DNA of 63,945 bases, the filler included, from Hausera hauseri (Eukaryota), in assembly GCA_046269625.1 (NCBI GenBank). It is 11 parts of 11 records of this genome, joined end to end, with 100 filler letters (N's around TTAATTAATTAA, not from the genome) between each part and the next. Parts side by side here need not be neighbours in the genome. Positions count along the whole stretch, not along the records: positions 34,818 to 41,925 come from JBJURY010037667.1; positions 42,026 to 46,940 come from JBJURY010392812.1; positions 47,041 to 51,347 come from JBJURY010645330.1; 8 more parts are not named here. One strand, given 5' to 3'. Each line of letters starts with the position of its first letter. Position 1 is the first letter of the stretch. The notes beneath the pieces are model-generated. The model was given only the letters and a program-made list of their open reading frames with translations, had not been told where the DNA came from and did no database searches. Both the position numbers and the translations under genes were made by a program. Positions 36,201-48,780 of this stretch are shown one piece after another.

Positions 36201-39200
36201 ACAATCGACGATGTATTTTTTTCTCGCGGCCTTAGATTGTAGTGTTTAGCTGGTCTTACATCCGTTTTAAATACTCTTTGGACTGATACGATTTCCTCTT
36301 TCCCATTTTTGTTAACATAGACCGTGGTTGGCATTGTGAGGATGATTGCATATGGTCCTCTTCCGGTACGTGTTAATTTCAAGAATGTACCCTTTTTCGC
36401 GACTGGGTAATATATATAAACCCAATTTCCCTTTTTCAGATCATGAAGTTTAATCTTTTTATCATATTGTTTTTTAAATTGTTCCTGATATTCTAGTGAT
36501 TACGTTTTTGCCACTTCCCAACACTTTTGTAATCTTGTCTGTAATACTTCAGCAAAGTTTTGCTCTAGATCCTCGAGGTTTGTTTCCTACGGTGTCATAC
36601 TTAGATCTGTGGGTAAGATTGCCTCTCCTCCATACATCATAACGAACGGTGTAAATCCTGTTGCTGGATGTGGAGTTGTATTAATTTCGAACTGGATCCC
36701 TTCTAGGAATTCGCCCCAACCCTTCTGATCTTTGACCACTACTGTTGATAGTATACGGATGACTGTTGCATTCATACGTTCGACCATCCCATTACACTGG
36801 GGGTGATAGGAGGTAGTATTTAAACATTCGATTTCAATATCTTAGAAATTTTTTTAAATAGTTTGCTTGTGAAGTTCCTTCCTCTGTCTGTTAAGATTTG
36901 TTCTGGTGGTCCGTATATGCAGATGATTTTTCTAACTACTGCTTCGGATAAAGTTTCTGCCTTTTGATCGAATATTGCCACCAGTTTGACGAAATGCGTT
37001 AATCGATGCACACATTTTAGGATGTATCTGTTATTTTTGTGAGTTTTTGGCAAAGGTCCTACTATATCCATAGACATGGCTTGCATAAGCCTATCTGGTA
37101 CGTTTATGGGTTTTAGTTATGCTACGTAGCCTTTTGTTTTCTTTTATTTTATCGCGCAAACTTCGCACGCTCCTACCCAATTCTTCACATCAATATAGAT
37201 GCTTGGCCAATAGTATTTATTTAATATTCTTTCCATGTGTCCGGCTAATTATGAATCGTGTTCGGCCATGAGTACTTCGATGCGCAATTCTTTTGGAATA
37301 ACTTAGTCTTCTTCCTTTTCGCTCGTAGTATAGTATATTATCTTGGTTCAATGCATGATATTTATGTCCGTGTTTCTGTAGATGCTTTTTCAGTTGCCGT
37401 CCCTTCGGTATTTTGTCGTTCTGTACGAACTCGATAATTTGTTGAATAACCGTGTCTTTAGCCTGCTCGACTGTAATTCCGATCGTCTTATCCGATATTA
37501 GAGTTCTTTGTCGTTCAATCAACTGTTCAGGTTGTGGCTTTTTATTGTGGTAATTGCACTCCTTTTTGTCTTTAATTTTGACAGTGCGTCAGCGTTGACG
37601 TGTTTATTACCCGGTTTGTATTGAAATTCAGTGTTATATAGTGAGATTTCTTCGATCCAACGGTTTAATCTACATGTTGGGTTATTATCTCGTTTTCTCA
37701 ATGTTGTAACTGCTTTGTGATCAGTCACTATAATAATCTTTTGCCCATAGACTAAGAAATTAAAATGTCGGAGTGCTTCTTTTACGGCTAACGTTTCTAA
37801 TTCGGTAACCGAATAATTCTTTTCTGCTTTTTTAATGAGAGTCCTCCATAGGATATTTGGATGTTCTAATTCTTTGTCTTCTCGTTTCTGAGCTAATTCG
37901 TGTCCTATACCTTCTTTACTTGCCTCTGTATTAATAATGAATGGTACGTTAAAATCCGGGTATTTTAAAACTGGTTCGCTTATCAAAACTTCTTTCATTT
38001 TGTCAAATGCTTTTTGTTCCACTTCTGTTCATCTCCACTTGGTTCCTTTTTTCAGTAGGCGATATAGTTGCGCGTTAATTTTCGAGTTGCCTGGTACGTA
38101 AGTAGAGTAATATCCACATAGGCCTAACCAATGTCTTAACTCTTTGTGATTCTGTGGTTCCATACAATCGAATATTTTATCTAGCAGGAATTTGTCCGGT
38201 TTTCATCCTCCTTCTCCAACGATGTGTCCGAGGTATAATACTGCGTTCTGTGCCCATTTACCTTTCTTTGGATTTAGTTTTAGCCTTGCTTGTTCTAGCC
38301 AAATGAGTGTATCTTCAATGTCCTTTAAGTGTTCCTCCTCTGACTTTGATGCTATCATCACGTCGTCTAAGTAAGCGAATGCATGATCAAGTCTCATAAA
38401 CATTTTATTCATCATTCTAGGAAAAATAACTGGTACTGTGGTTATGCCGAACGGCATAACATTAAATTCATATACGCCATCGTGCGTTTTGAACGCTATC
38501 TTATATCGATCTTTTTCTTCAATTTCTACTTGCTAGTACCCCGATTGTAAGTCGAGAGTGGTAAACCATTTCGCTACCGATAGTCTGTCTACAGCTACTT
38601 TTACTGACGGTAGGGGAAACGGGTCTTTCATCATCAGCGTATTTAATGCTTGATAATCTATACAAAACGGGTGTTTTGTAGTTTCTTTCTTTTTAACCAT
38701 AATTACAGGAGAGAACCATGATCGAAAACTTGGTCGAATTATATCGGCCTTTAACATTTGCTTTACTTCTTTAATTATTTCTGGTCTCCGTGAATGAGGA
38801 GGTGGATACCATTTAGGCATTTTCTGTTCTTCTAGATCGATTTCGTTACTTAAGCCGGGTTTTTTCCTTAATGGGATTTTTAATCTCAAAGAATTTGTGC
38901 TGCCTATGTCTTCCTTATTTTGTGCGATTATTGAACGATATTTGCATAGTAATTCGTAGAACTTGCAATACGCTTCAGGAGAGAATTTGGTTGCAACATG
39001 AAATGGAAATTCAACACACTTGTATGGTTTCTCCTCTACTGTCACTGCCGATACTCTGCAAGTGTGACCTAAAGTGGTGTTAGCGTGCAATTTTACGTGA
39101 ATTGGTGCATTGTTTACTAATCTCATAGATATTCATCCCGTCACTACTCTACATAAAATGTTGCTAAACAGGAGGTTTGGATCGATATTCTCCTGAGGTT

Positions 39201-39700
39201 CGAAATATACTGGTAGATCGTCGTCTTGACGAATTTGTGCGAAAATTATCATTTCGGTTCTTGACGGAATGTCTTCATCCACCGGAATCCATACTTTGCC
39301 GATTTCCTTTCCTTTATTAGTTTTGTCCCTTCTATTGGTTCGAGCTCAATTAGTTCTCCGTTATGCACATCAATTGCCATGCCTGGTATTTGTTTCAATA
39401 TATTGCAATCTAGTACTACATCGTCTGTTAACTGGTCCATTATCGCAAATTCATGTTGAAGTGCTTGGCTCATCATATAAACGGTAGGGGTCCATTTAAA
39501 TTTCGGCTTCGATACTTGCCCAAATGCTTCTACACTACGTGGGTCCGATGATGCTGGTGGGCATAGCTGGTCTCACAATGTGATTAGTATAGATTCATAT
39601 TTTATAAATGACTTTTCTGATACTGTGTCAATTAATGCATACACCTCCCAATCTTCGACGTGTATTTTAGCAAAAGTCTCCCTTCTGTCACTGTTCCGTA
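36200..39700 (-). mobile_element. Ty3/gypsy pol (PR-RT-RNaseH-IN) of glycoprotein-bearing element D
   Basis: YALIDT protease (~39630), FCIDY..LN..KDPFPLP, TTLDLQSGY, YLDDVMI, VTDHKA, NADALS, MDIVGPLP, LTDRGRNF, VERMN and GRGPY. Confidence 0.95.
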
Positions 39701-40238
39701 ACAATTTGACGCTATCTTTGACTATTTTATAGTAGAGACTCTGTGTCCGTTTGTTGTTATTTCTGGAGATGAGAGGATATTTTTTCTTAATTGTCTTAAT
39801 TCTCCGTTTAGGTATAAATTATTATTTGGCATCTCATTGACGCGACTGTCAATAAGCGGTTCGTTAGGTAGTGAAACCGAGATCGAACACAGTTTTGGGT
39901 TCTCCCAAATTGATGGTTTTGATTCTATGTGACGCCGTATCCTTTTGAGTACAATATTCCGTGGTCGTTTTCTGTTGGTCCTTGGTTGATAACATTCATT
40001 TTCCGTAGTACTCCATATTGTTTTGTTTTTTCATACAGATCTTCATAATTAATAGGCTTTTGATAGATTTCGGACCTACATGATACGATATATTTGCGGT
40101 CGCAGTCTTCATATATTGGTGCCTTTGGTGGTATGATGGATTATGGGGCGTTAATCACTGAGTACATTTTGTGCATCTTCATTCTGGAACTTACTTCTCT
40201 TCCCTTAGGCTCGTCGTCATCTGAATCATCCTTTCGTG

Positions 40239-41925
40239 TTACTGTTTTTTATTTTTAAGTCTATACAATATCGAGATCTTTCCTTGCCGTTTACGATTAT
40301 AGTAGCCGACGTGGCGTTCTACGTCATTCTTCCATCGATTTTCCTCACAGGCCTTAAGCATTTTCCCGAAAGGTGTGATAATTGCAGTCAGAATTTTACA
40401 GAAAACTCCCGTTAATGTGAATATTTCATAACCGTTTATGACGGCTTGGACTACTGCTTTAATTCGCTGGAATAAAAAGTAGATGGATAGAAATCCAGAT
40501 GCGGCTTGTCCGAAAATCAGAAACCTTCCCCAAATCTTATGCAGTATTTCTGAGGTTACTCTTTGATAGTGATTCGCACCGAGTAACGATTCCCATTTCG
40601 TTTGAAAGCGGGTATCGTCCATGACCATTGACATGGCCCGATTCAGTTCATAAGTTCGTTGTCGTGGAAATGCTAAGAATTGCCTAATAGCTTCTATGTC
40701 TTTTGGCCTATAAATTCCCTTATTAGCCGTGTCCTCGAACTTTCCTTCTGATAATACTTTTTTTAACTTTGTCCTAATTAGCTTACCGGGCCTGTAGCAG
40801 CGCCTCTGTTCGGTAAACTTATCCAGTCAATTCCGCTACATCGAAGCATAGGGTCGCCTAATCTCGTTTTGCATTCCTTCAGTATGCTTGGTTTCGTTGA
40901 GTTTGCCAATAATACTCTGGTAAGTGGCATTGCTAGTCTCGGCATATTTTCATAGATGACTGGTAATTATTGCATGCACCTTTTTTCTTCTACGTTGATT
41001 GGTATGTCTCTTTTTTCGCATTCATACGTTAATAGGACTTTTCCGGTAACTCGTCCAAAAACGCCTTCCTTCAACGGTATAATTGGTAATGCTAGTTCTG
41101 GGTTGGCATAGACTGAGGCCAGCTTGGTTCTCATGACTTCAGTATCTATTTGCAGTCATTTCTTATCATTTTGTGGTATAGTTCCGATATTCCGATTTGC
41201 CCTTTATAGTAGAAATAGTCGTCTTAATTTTTGAGGTAATCCTCGATCCGTATGTCTTGCGTTTTCAAATCATTCGTTTTCATGTTAATTTCGGTTTTTG
41301 CTACGAAAAATGCTTTGTAGTTTGTGGCATACGTAACTACATCACAGCGTGTTAACATCTCCTTTCTGATGAGCTTTAAACCGTGTGCATCCGATATTAA
41401 TATCGTTGGTTTGCGATGTTCTACTACATCTTCCCTTGATCTGTTGATTGTCAGTAATTTATTTGTATAACGTTTTCCGGTTGTCTCATTAAACTTTAAT
41501 TCTTCGATTTTAATGAAATTACAATCTCTCTTGGAAGGTGGGCTGCATACAACGACTGAACTTCTGAACGTGCAAGCACCATCTTGGATGTGACACTTTT
41601 GATTTTCGGTGAATAGTTTCGTAGCGTTATGAAACATAGCTTTTAGAAATCTTAACTCGATTTTGTAAAAATCTACGACTACTATTCCTCCCTTCCCTGT
41701 TTCATATTCTCCTCCGGCACAATAACCGGTGTGCATGCTCAATTTTTTTACTGCCACTTTGTAGGCTCTGATTATTTTCCCTTATTGGGCTTCTAATTCC
41801 ATGTTGTCCCAAACCATTTTACCGGTTAACCGGGCTCTTAAACAATGCTGTCTATCTACGTTCATCGGAATCAATGGCGTGGTAGGTTTAATTATCGAAG
41901 AATGTCTGTACATATTACCACAATG
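40239..41925 (-). pseudogene. Chuvirus-like envelope glycoprotein upstream of pol (element D); extreme N-terminus lost in gap
   Basis: HCG.MY.HSS, C.RA.LTG, GYCAGGEY...IVVV, CHIQDGAC, LYH...C, GVFGRVTGKVL...C, C...LPVIYEN...MPLTRVL, GIY...DI..IR.FL.FP and WGRFLIFGQAASG...INGY.IF...G...IL.AI. Confidence 0.85.
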
Positions 41926-42025
41926 NNNNNNNNNNNNNNNNNNNNNNNNNNNNNNNNNNNNNNNNNNNNTTAATTAATTAANNNNNNNNNNNNNNNNNNN
42001 NNNNNNNNNNNNNNNNNNNNNNNNN

Positions 42026-42618
42026 ATTTTTATTTTGATATTTTCTTTCGCATTTGCTACCGAATGAATCTCAAAAAATTTCCCGATATTCCCACCGATA
42101 ATCGCCAACGAATTGTCGTAGACAAAATAGCCATATAAAAATCCAATATTCTTTGTGATATTAATAGTAAATTTTAAATTGTTTGTAGAAAAATAAAAAC
42201 ATAAAAATTGCCGTGCATTACAGAATGAACAATCTACTAACCCCACGCTGCATCGGAATGTCTGGTGCTCGAGTTAGCCTGAAAAGCATAATACATTTGA
42301 GTGTGGTCTGTGCACATCCAAGTAGCCATGCAAGTATCGGGCGTCTGTACGGTTTTCCAAAAAGTGCTCGACTGAAAGTGTAGCCGGTTCCATGAGTGAA
42401 TTTGTCGGTAAAATCTGACGCCATTGTCGTTCCCTTATGGTAAAATTACGGTGTTGCACTTTAGCTGCATTAGAATAGTGAAATATAAAATTCATAACCG
42501 ATGTTTTGTGGTGCCTGCGCTTAACTCCGACAATCAAAAGCTTCGGCACCGTAAACTTCTCCCAATCCAATAATAAGCAAAACTCGTAAACGTAAATATA
42601 ATCAGAATAATCCAGCAT
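42026..42618 (-). pseudogene. Unassigned coding-like fragment (~195 codons, one stop)
   Basis: ORFs 42274..42618 and 41974..42246 are in the same frame, separated by one stop; no motif recognised. Confidence 0.3.
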
Positions 42619-42849
42619 TTTATTTCAGAGACCAAAGATAATTGAACAAAAGTAGAAATGAAAACTGAAAATCCACTGTATTTACAAAATGGCCAGCAAT
42701 ATATTTCATTGAAAAATTTTTTTGAAAAGAATCACTCAAAAGTATTTTAGTTAATTCAAACAAAAGGAGCGTGAATTGCTCACTCCGTAACGCCGGCACT
42801 TATAACAAACGTGATGGCTAACTTTAACGATGCGTTTTTACAAATATAC

Positions 42850-43440
42850 TCGGATAAACATTTTCGTTTCAAGAAACACGTCGGTATTTCTTCCGTTTTT
42901 GGTTCGTCTTTGTTTGTCGTAACGAACGTTTTTTACCGGGTTCGAGAAATTGCAGTCGTTTCGATTTATTGCACGGTTCGATGTCCTGATGTGTTAAAGT
43001 ACTTAAATCATCGGTTGATTTGCGTTTCTTGTTGTCGATGGTTCAATACCGGTTTGAGTTTAAAATTTTTCATAACGATTCGTAATATTGTGATCCATCA
43101 TTAGTTGCCAATAAACTGTCGTAAGGTAGAATAATTTTCTCATGATTAATTTGCAATGCATAAACGTGATTGCAACAGTTATAGCTCAATTTCATACCAA
43201 TTTTCGGCCAGACTTTATTAACGGTCACATGATCATCGCTGGCATTTTTACGAACTAATTTGCGTAATTTGTACGGATCTAGATGTCGTCCGTTGATATT
43301 TGGTACTTTCAATTTGTCGGATCCTTGAAATCGTATAAACTGGGATAATTTCGTCAGAAAATTCAATTTAACTCGTGATTGCACTTTCATTTCACAAATT
43401 CTTTGTACTCTCGGTGTAAACTGAAGTGTGTTCACGTCTA
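42850..43440 (-). pseudogene. KDM5: KDM5/JARID1 (lid) post-JmjN linker plus ARID domain fragment
   Basis: VDVNTLQFTPRVQRICEMKVQSRVKLNFL..L..F..FQG...LKVP.I.GRHLDPY.L...V...V...K.W.KI..KL.Y...L..NHEKIILPYD matches KDM5 VDV..F.FTPRIQRLNELEA.TRVKLNFLD.IAKFWELQG..LKIP.VE.K.LDLY...LK.HYERILYPY; stops downstream. Confidence 0.88.
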
Positions 43441-46400
43441 CCGGTATCGGGTGACAGATAATTCTCCAGGATTGTGGTGACGTCTACAGCTGCTGCACCA
43501 CATTTTCCTTCCCCGTGGCAAAGATGACATTACGTACGGCAAAAAACAAAATCAAAAGGAAAAAAGGTGTGCGTGTTCTACTCAGTTTTTGTACGAACCA
43601 GACGTTGAACCTTATCGATATTTTGTTCCCTGCTATATTTACTGAAGGTAAATGTCTTGCTTTGTTTGGCGTGCTGTTTAACTGCTTGATGAAATGGTTG
43701 GGGTGAAGTTATGTCTTCATTAGACATGTGGGCAAGTTGAAAACTGGTTGGTATGTCATTTAGTGTCTCTTTATGAGTTGGTGCGGATTTTAGGGTAGCA
43801 GATTGAATTGTAGGCAGATTGCAAGAAGAATTGAAGGAGTCAAGAAAGGTTGGTGCAGATTCAATCAAGGAATTTGGTGTGTCATTAACGAAGAACGCAG
43901 GTTTTACGTTCGTTATGTGCACGTTTTGTTCTTTGCCGTTTTTGAGTATTGAAATTGTGTGTGAAGTAATGTTGAGAATTTTAAACGGTCCTAAATAGTG
44001 CGGTTGAAATCCAGATGGTGACGGATTTTTCAACCATACGAACTTTGCCTTAAATAGGGAGTCAGATAAATATGTTTTGTCGCCGTGTATTATTTTACAG
44101 AAAGAGTCTCGACTTAGCCGGACGAAATGATCTTCTGCGGACCTAATGGTTTCGTCAGTCGGTGTGTTGTCTAAATTGGTCAGTTCAAAAAGTGCACGAA
44201 TTGTGGTGCCGAAGAGTGCTTCAGCGGGTGCGCAACCGGTGGTGGTAGATGGTGTGTTGCGCCATCCGAGTAATACGAATGAAAGGATGGTAGTCCAGTT
44301 CGTATGTGTTGCGGCTAAAATTTTTAAGGAGATTTTAAGAGTTCGGTGAAATAGCTCCAATAAGCCATTCGACTGGAGGTTGTACGGAGTAGTATGGATA
44401 TGGTTTATGCCAGTCAATTGACTAAGGATGTGAATAGGTTTAATTCGAATTGAGGGCTTTGATCTGTGATAACATAGCGTGGTGAACCAAACCGACTAAT
44501 CGAAACCCTCATAAATGCATCGACGATGAAATTTGTGTTGATGAAGCGCAAAGGAACAATTTCGGGCCAACAAGATGCGCGGTTAATCATAGTTAAGATA
44601 AATTAGTAGCCGTTATCAGGTGGTAGTGGACCAACAATATCTAGGTATACAGATTCAAAACGGGACGTAGATGTGGCTTAAGATGCTTAGATAATTTGAA
44701 CTTTTTGGCAAACCACGTATTGCCTAACCCAACCCTGTACGTCACATCTCATTGATGGCCATGTTACGTGATGTTTGAGTAGGCGGAATATAGCCTTCGA
44801 ATCTGGGTGATGCAATGAATGAATATGGTTAAATGCTGTTTGTTGAAGAGAAGGTGCCAAAATTGGCAAATCGTGTCCAGGTGTCGACGTTTCCATGGCT
44901 ACGCCATCCATGATTTGGACAGATTTATATTGTTTAAGTATTTCAGTAAAATGAGGATTCTGAACCAATTGTTCTTTAGAAAAAGTAGGCATGCCGCTAA
45001 TTGCCCTAACCGATCGTGAGAAAAAATCGGCTATTAAATTATTTATGCCAGAAATATGGCACATTTTAAAGTTAAACGTTGACAAGTACGAAATATGACG
45101 TTCTTGTCGAAGTGATGGATGGTTCACGTTCATTACGTGAAAGAGGGGCTTGTAGTCTGTTTGAATAGTGAAAGACCGGGCGATAAGTAAATATGAAAAA
45201 TGTTTAAGAGCTAAAACGATGGCCAGGAGTTCCCTATCGAAGGTTGAATAACTGCATTCTTGTGGCTGAAGCATACGTGAAAAGAATTCTAGTGGTTCAT
45301 TTATTCCTTGAGATATTTGATGGAGAACCGCTCCGACAGCTGTGATTGGTGCGCCAGTTGTCAGGATGAGATCGGCATCAGGTTTTGAATAAGCCAAGAT
45401 GTCAGGGGTTTTAAGATTATTGTGGAGCTCATCGAACTGGTTTGAATGTTATGGCGTCCAATATAAAGGTTTTTTCTTCGGCCCAGCTCCTAGTTGGGCG
45501 AAAGGAGCAGTTAACTGGCTATAATGTGGGACGTACTTATTAACGAAATGCAAAGTCTCGAGAAAGCTGCGCATATCAGTTGTAGTTTTTGGCAGTTAGA
45601 TATTTTGTAATTGTTGAATTCTATCAGGCTGTGGATAGTGACCGTCAGCCGTGATGATGTGCCCTAGGAAGTTGACTTTCTTTCGAAAGAATGTGCATTT
45701 TGCGAAGTTAACCTGTAATTTGTTGTTATTCAGGCATTGAAAAACAAGCTTGAGGTGTTCAGCGTGTTGTTTAGGTGAAGATGATATGCCGTTGAACAGT
45801 TGGGCTGCGTTCTTTAAGTCAAACGGCATGAAGGCTTATTCGAAGAGGCCAAATCATGTTGTTATCGTCGTTTTTTGAATGTCTTCGGGCGCTACCGGTA
45901 TTTGGTCGTAGGCTTTTTCTAGGTCTATAGTGGAGTAAATTGTAGATTAATGCAACAAATGTAAGATGTCCTTTATCAAGGGTAAAGGGTAAGCATCCAT
46001 TATGATAATATTATTAAGTTGACGATAATCTCCGCATGGTTGGAATGTACCACCTTTTTTGGGTACAACGTGAAGTGGTGAAGCTCAAGGTAACTTCAAA
46101 CGGTGGATTATTCCTGCTTGTTCAAGTAACATGAATTCAGATAGAACTGCTTGTCGACGGCATGGTGATAGTGGCCTGAGTTTTTGACTGATAGGCCGAG
46201 GATTCTCGGTGATGATGTGATGGAATGTCTAGCTAGATGGTCTAAAAGTTGGGTCCTTTGTGATTGTGTGGCATCAGGACCTACTTATGTATTGCTGGAT
46301 TTCGTGACTTAATGAGGCAAATGGCGTTATTAATAAATTAGATGGTTGATCAATGACAGAATTGGATATGGTGGATATTGAACTGTCTAAATCGTTTTTG

Positions 46401-46940
46401 TCAACGTTTTTAATTTTGTTACCATTGGGTGGAAATATAAAATTATCAAAATCAGTAGTGTTAAAATTCTTATTCGTATTTAAATTAGGTAATGACTTTT
46501 TTATTATAGGCCTAACANNNNNNNNNNATCTGTATACGTTATATTTACTTGACTGTTTCTAACTAAACTACTTTGTCTACAGTCTACTAGGAGGTTGTAG
46601 AAAGATAACAAATCTGAGCCAAGTATTGGTGACTGTGTCGGTTACAGTAAAAGTCCAGGTGAAAACGTCAAGAAAATGTTGTAACATGAACGAAATTTTG
46701 GATGTTTTGCACATTCGTAATGCTTGGCCGTTAGCTGTATATAATTTCTTGGCTAACGGCGAAAGAGTTTGAGTTTTTGTAGAGAGAAGCAGAAGAAACA
46801 CTGCTGCTCCAGAGTCGATTAAAAAATTAATTGATTGAGTGTGCTTAGTTGTTATTAAAGCGTTTAGAGTAAATACGGCATAAGTACGGCTGTTACAATG
46901 GAGATGTTTGCTATGCCAGCGTGCGCCGATACATCTAGCG
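43430..46940 (-). mobile_element. CsRn1-like Ty3/gypsy element B (pol plus truncated 3' LTR); RT YxDD segment deleted
   Basis: FLIDSGAAV protease; CGDYRQLN..DAYPLP; MPFDLKNAAQ joined directly to SSPKQH (YIDD missing); integrase 43578..44417; PPT ggggaaggaaaa then TGTGGTG at 43502. Paralogue of element A. Confidence 0.92.
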
Positions 46941-47040
46941 NNNNNNNNNNNNNNNNNNNNNNNNNNNNNNNNNNNNNNNNNNNNTTAATTAATTAANNNN
47001 NNNNNNNNNNNNNNNNNNNNNNNNNNNNNNNNNNNNNNNN

Positions 47041-48780
47041 TACTATTAGATTTCTAGACACTCTTCTAATTTTACCAGCTTCACTGAAAACATTAGCCTC
47101 CAATTTATATAATTACCCTTTTAAAAAATCGGCCTTTCCTTCGGACATCATTAAGGGAAAAGGAATTTTTCCATACACTGCAGCTAAAACATTCAGTAAC
47201 TAACAGTCTATTAGTTATTTACCGCCTAAATGGGATGATATTACCGACACTGATTCTGAGGAGGCTCAAATTGCCTGGTCCAGATATACATGTAACAGTC
47301 TTTTAGATTATATGTTGGTATATATGAAACTTGATGTATACTTGTTAGCTGATGTTTTGAACTTTTCAGAAAGGAAGTTAAGTTACAGGATAATTTAGAG
47401 GCAATAAACTTCGTTTAAATTCCTGGTTTGTCCTGGGACACAGCACTGAAATCCAGTCCTTGTAAGATTGAGCTTATACAGGATCCTCACATGTATCAGT
47501 TCTTTCAATCAGGAATTCGCGGTGGTATGACTTTTATAAATAAGCATAGGGTTACCACTGATGAAAGCACCAGTCTCTTGTATATAGATGTAAATAATTT
47601 GCACGGCTGGGCTTTATCTCAACTTTCGCCATTTGGAGAAATTAAATGGTTTGATAGAACAATTGCCTTATGTTGACACTGTTAGGAAAAAATGAGGTTT
47701 AGTCTTTGAGATTGATTTAAGCATCCCATCAGACAAGCACGATAAATTGGACCAACTGCATCTTTCTCCAATCAACCTATGTCCTCCTGGTTCCAAGGTA
47801 AAGAAAATATTGCTGACACATCAGCCTAACTCCAATTATATTATTCACTATCGGCTCTTACAGTTGTACATTGAGTTAGGCGCAGTAATTGAAAAGGTTC
47901 ATCGCGCTGTTGAGTTTGACCAAGGCTATGTCTTTAAGGATTACATCGATTTAAATACTGCTAAGAGGGCTGCAGCAAATAATCCCTTTAAGAAGAATTT
48001 TTTAAGCTCAAGAACAATATTTTATTCGGCAAAACACTTGAAAACCTTCCAAAAAGGTCCAACTTGAGATTGTGTAATAATGCAAAGAAGCTTATTGCTT
48101 ATGCTCGTAAGGCCAAGTTTAAAGAAAGTATTATTATAGCCGATGATCTGGTTGCCGTTCTCCTTGATAAAAACATGGTTTCATGAGACAGACCTCATAC
48201 ATTGGTCAGGCCGTATTTGCTCTTTCTAAGTTAAGAATGTGTGAGCTGAATTACATTTAGATGGAGTATTATAGGCAACATTTTCATTGTCAGTTAAATA
48301 TTATTGCTGGTGACACAGACGATTTTGCCACTGAGTGTCATGAAGTTCATTTGCTATCACAGCTCATGGCAACAATGATAGCTAATGAACAGTTGGACAC
48401 GTTTAATTACAACCATAGTTACCCGCCTTATTATACTCGTTTTGTGACTGTTATAGGAAAATTTAAGGACGAGAGTAATGGTAGTGTTGAATACCAAGAA
48501 GCGATTACTTACGGCCAAAATCATATGCCTTTAAAACTCAAAGCAGAACCGTCCTTAAATGCAAAGGCAATAACCTGAAACAGGCGGACCTAGAGTTTAG
48601 CAACTACCTACAGGCATAGGAAAATGGATGCGGGACAACTGTTAATCAAGAACGGATTGGAACCAAAAACCATCAACTTCTGACGATCAGTGCAAAAAAA
48701 AGCTTGGGACCCTTTTGATGATAAGCGACACTGAATATCGTAAAACAAAGGTGTTGCTTACGGAAATTACTGTATTTGAT
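47041..48780 (+). pseudogene. Polinton/adintovirus protein-primed DNA polymerase B (C-terminal half)
   Basis: KGIFPY, DVYLLADV, PGLSWDTALK, SGIRGG, LLYIDVNNL.GWALSQ, YIDLNT.KR, GDTD, GKFKDE and DDKR; frameshifts and stops. Confidence 0.93.
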
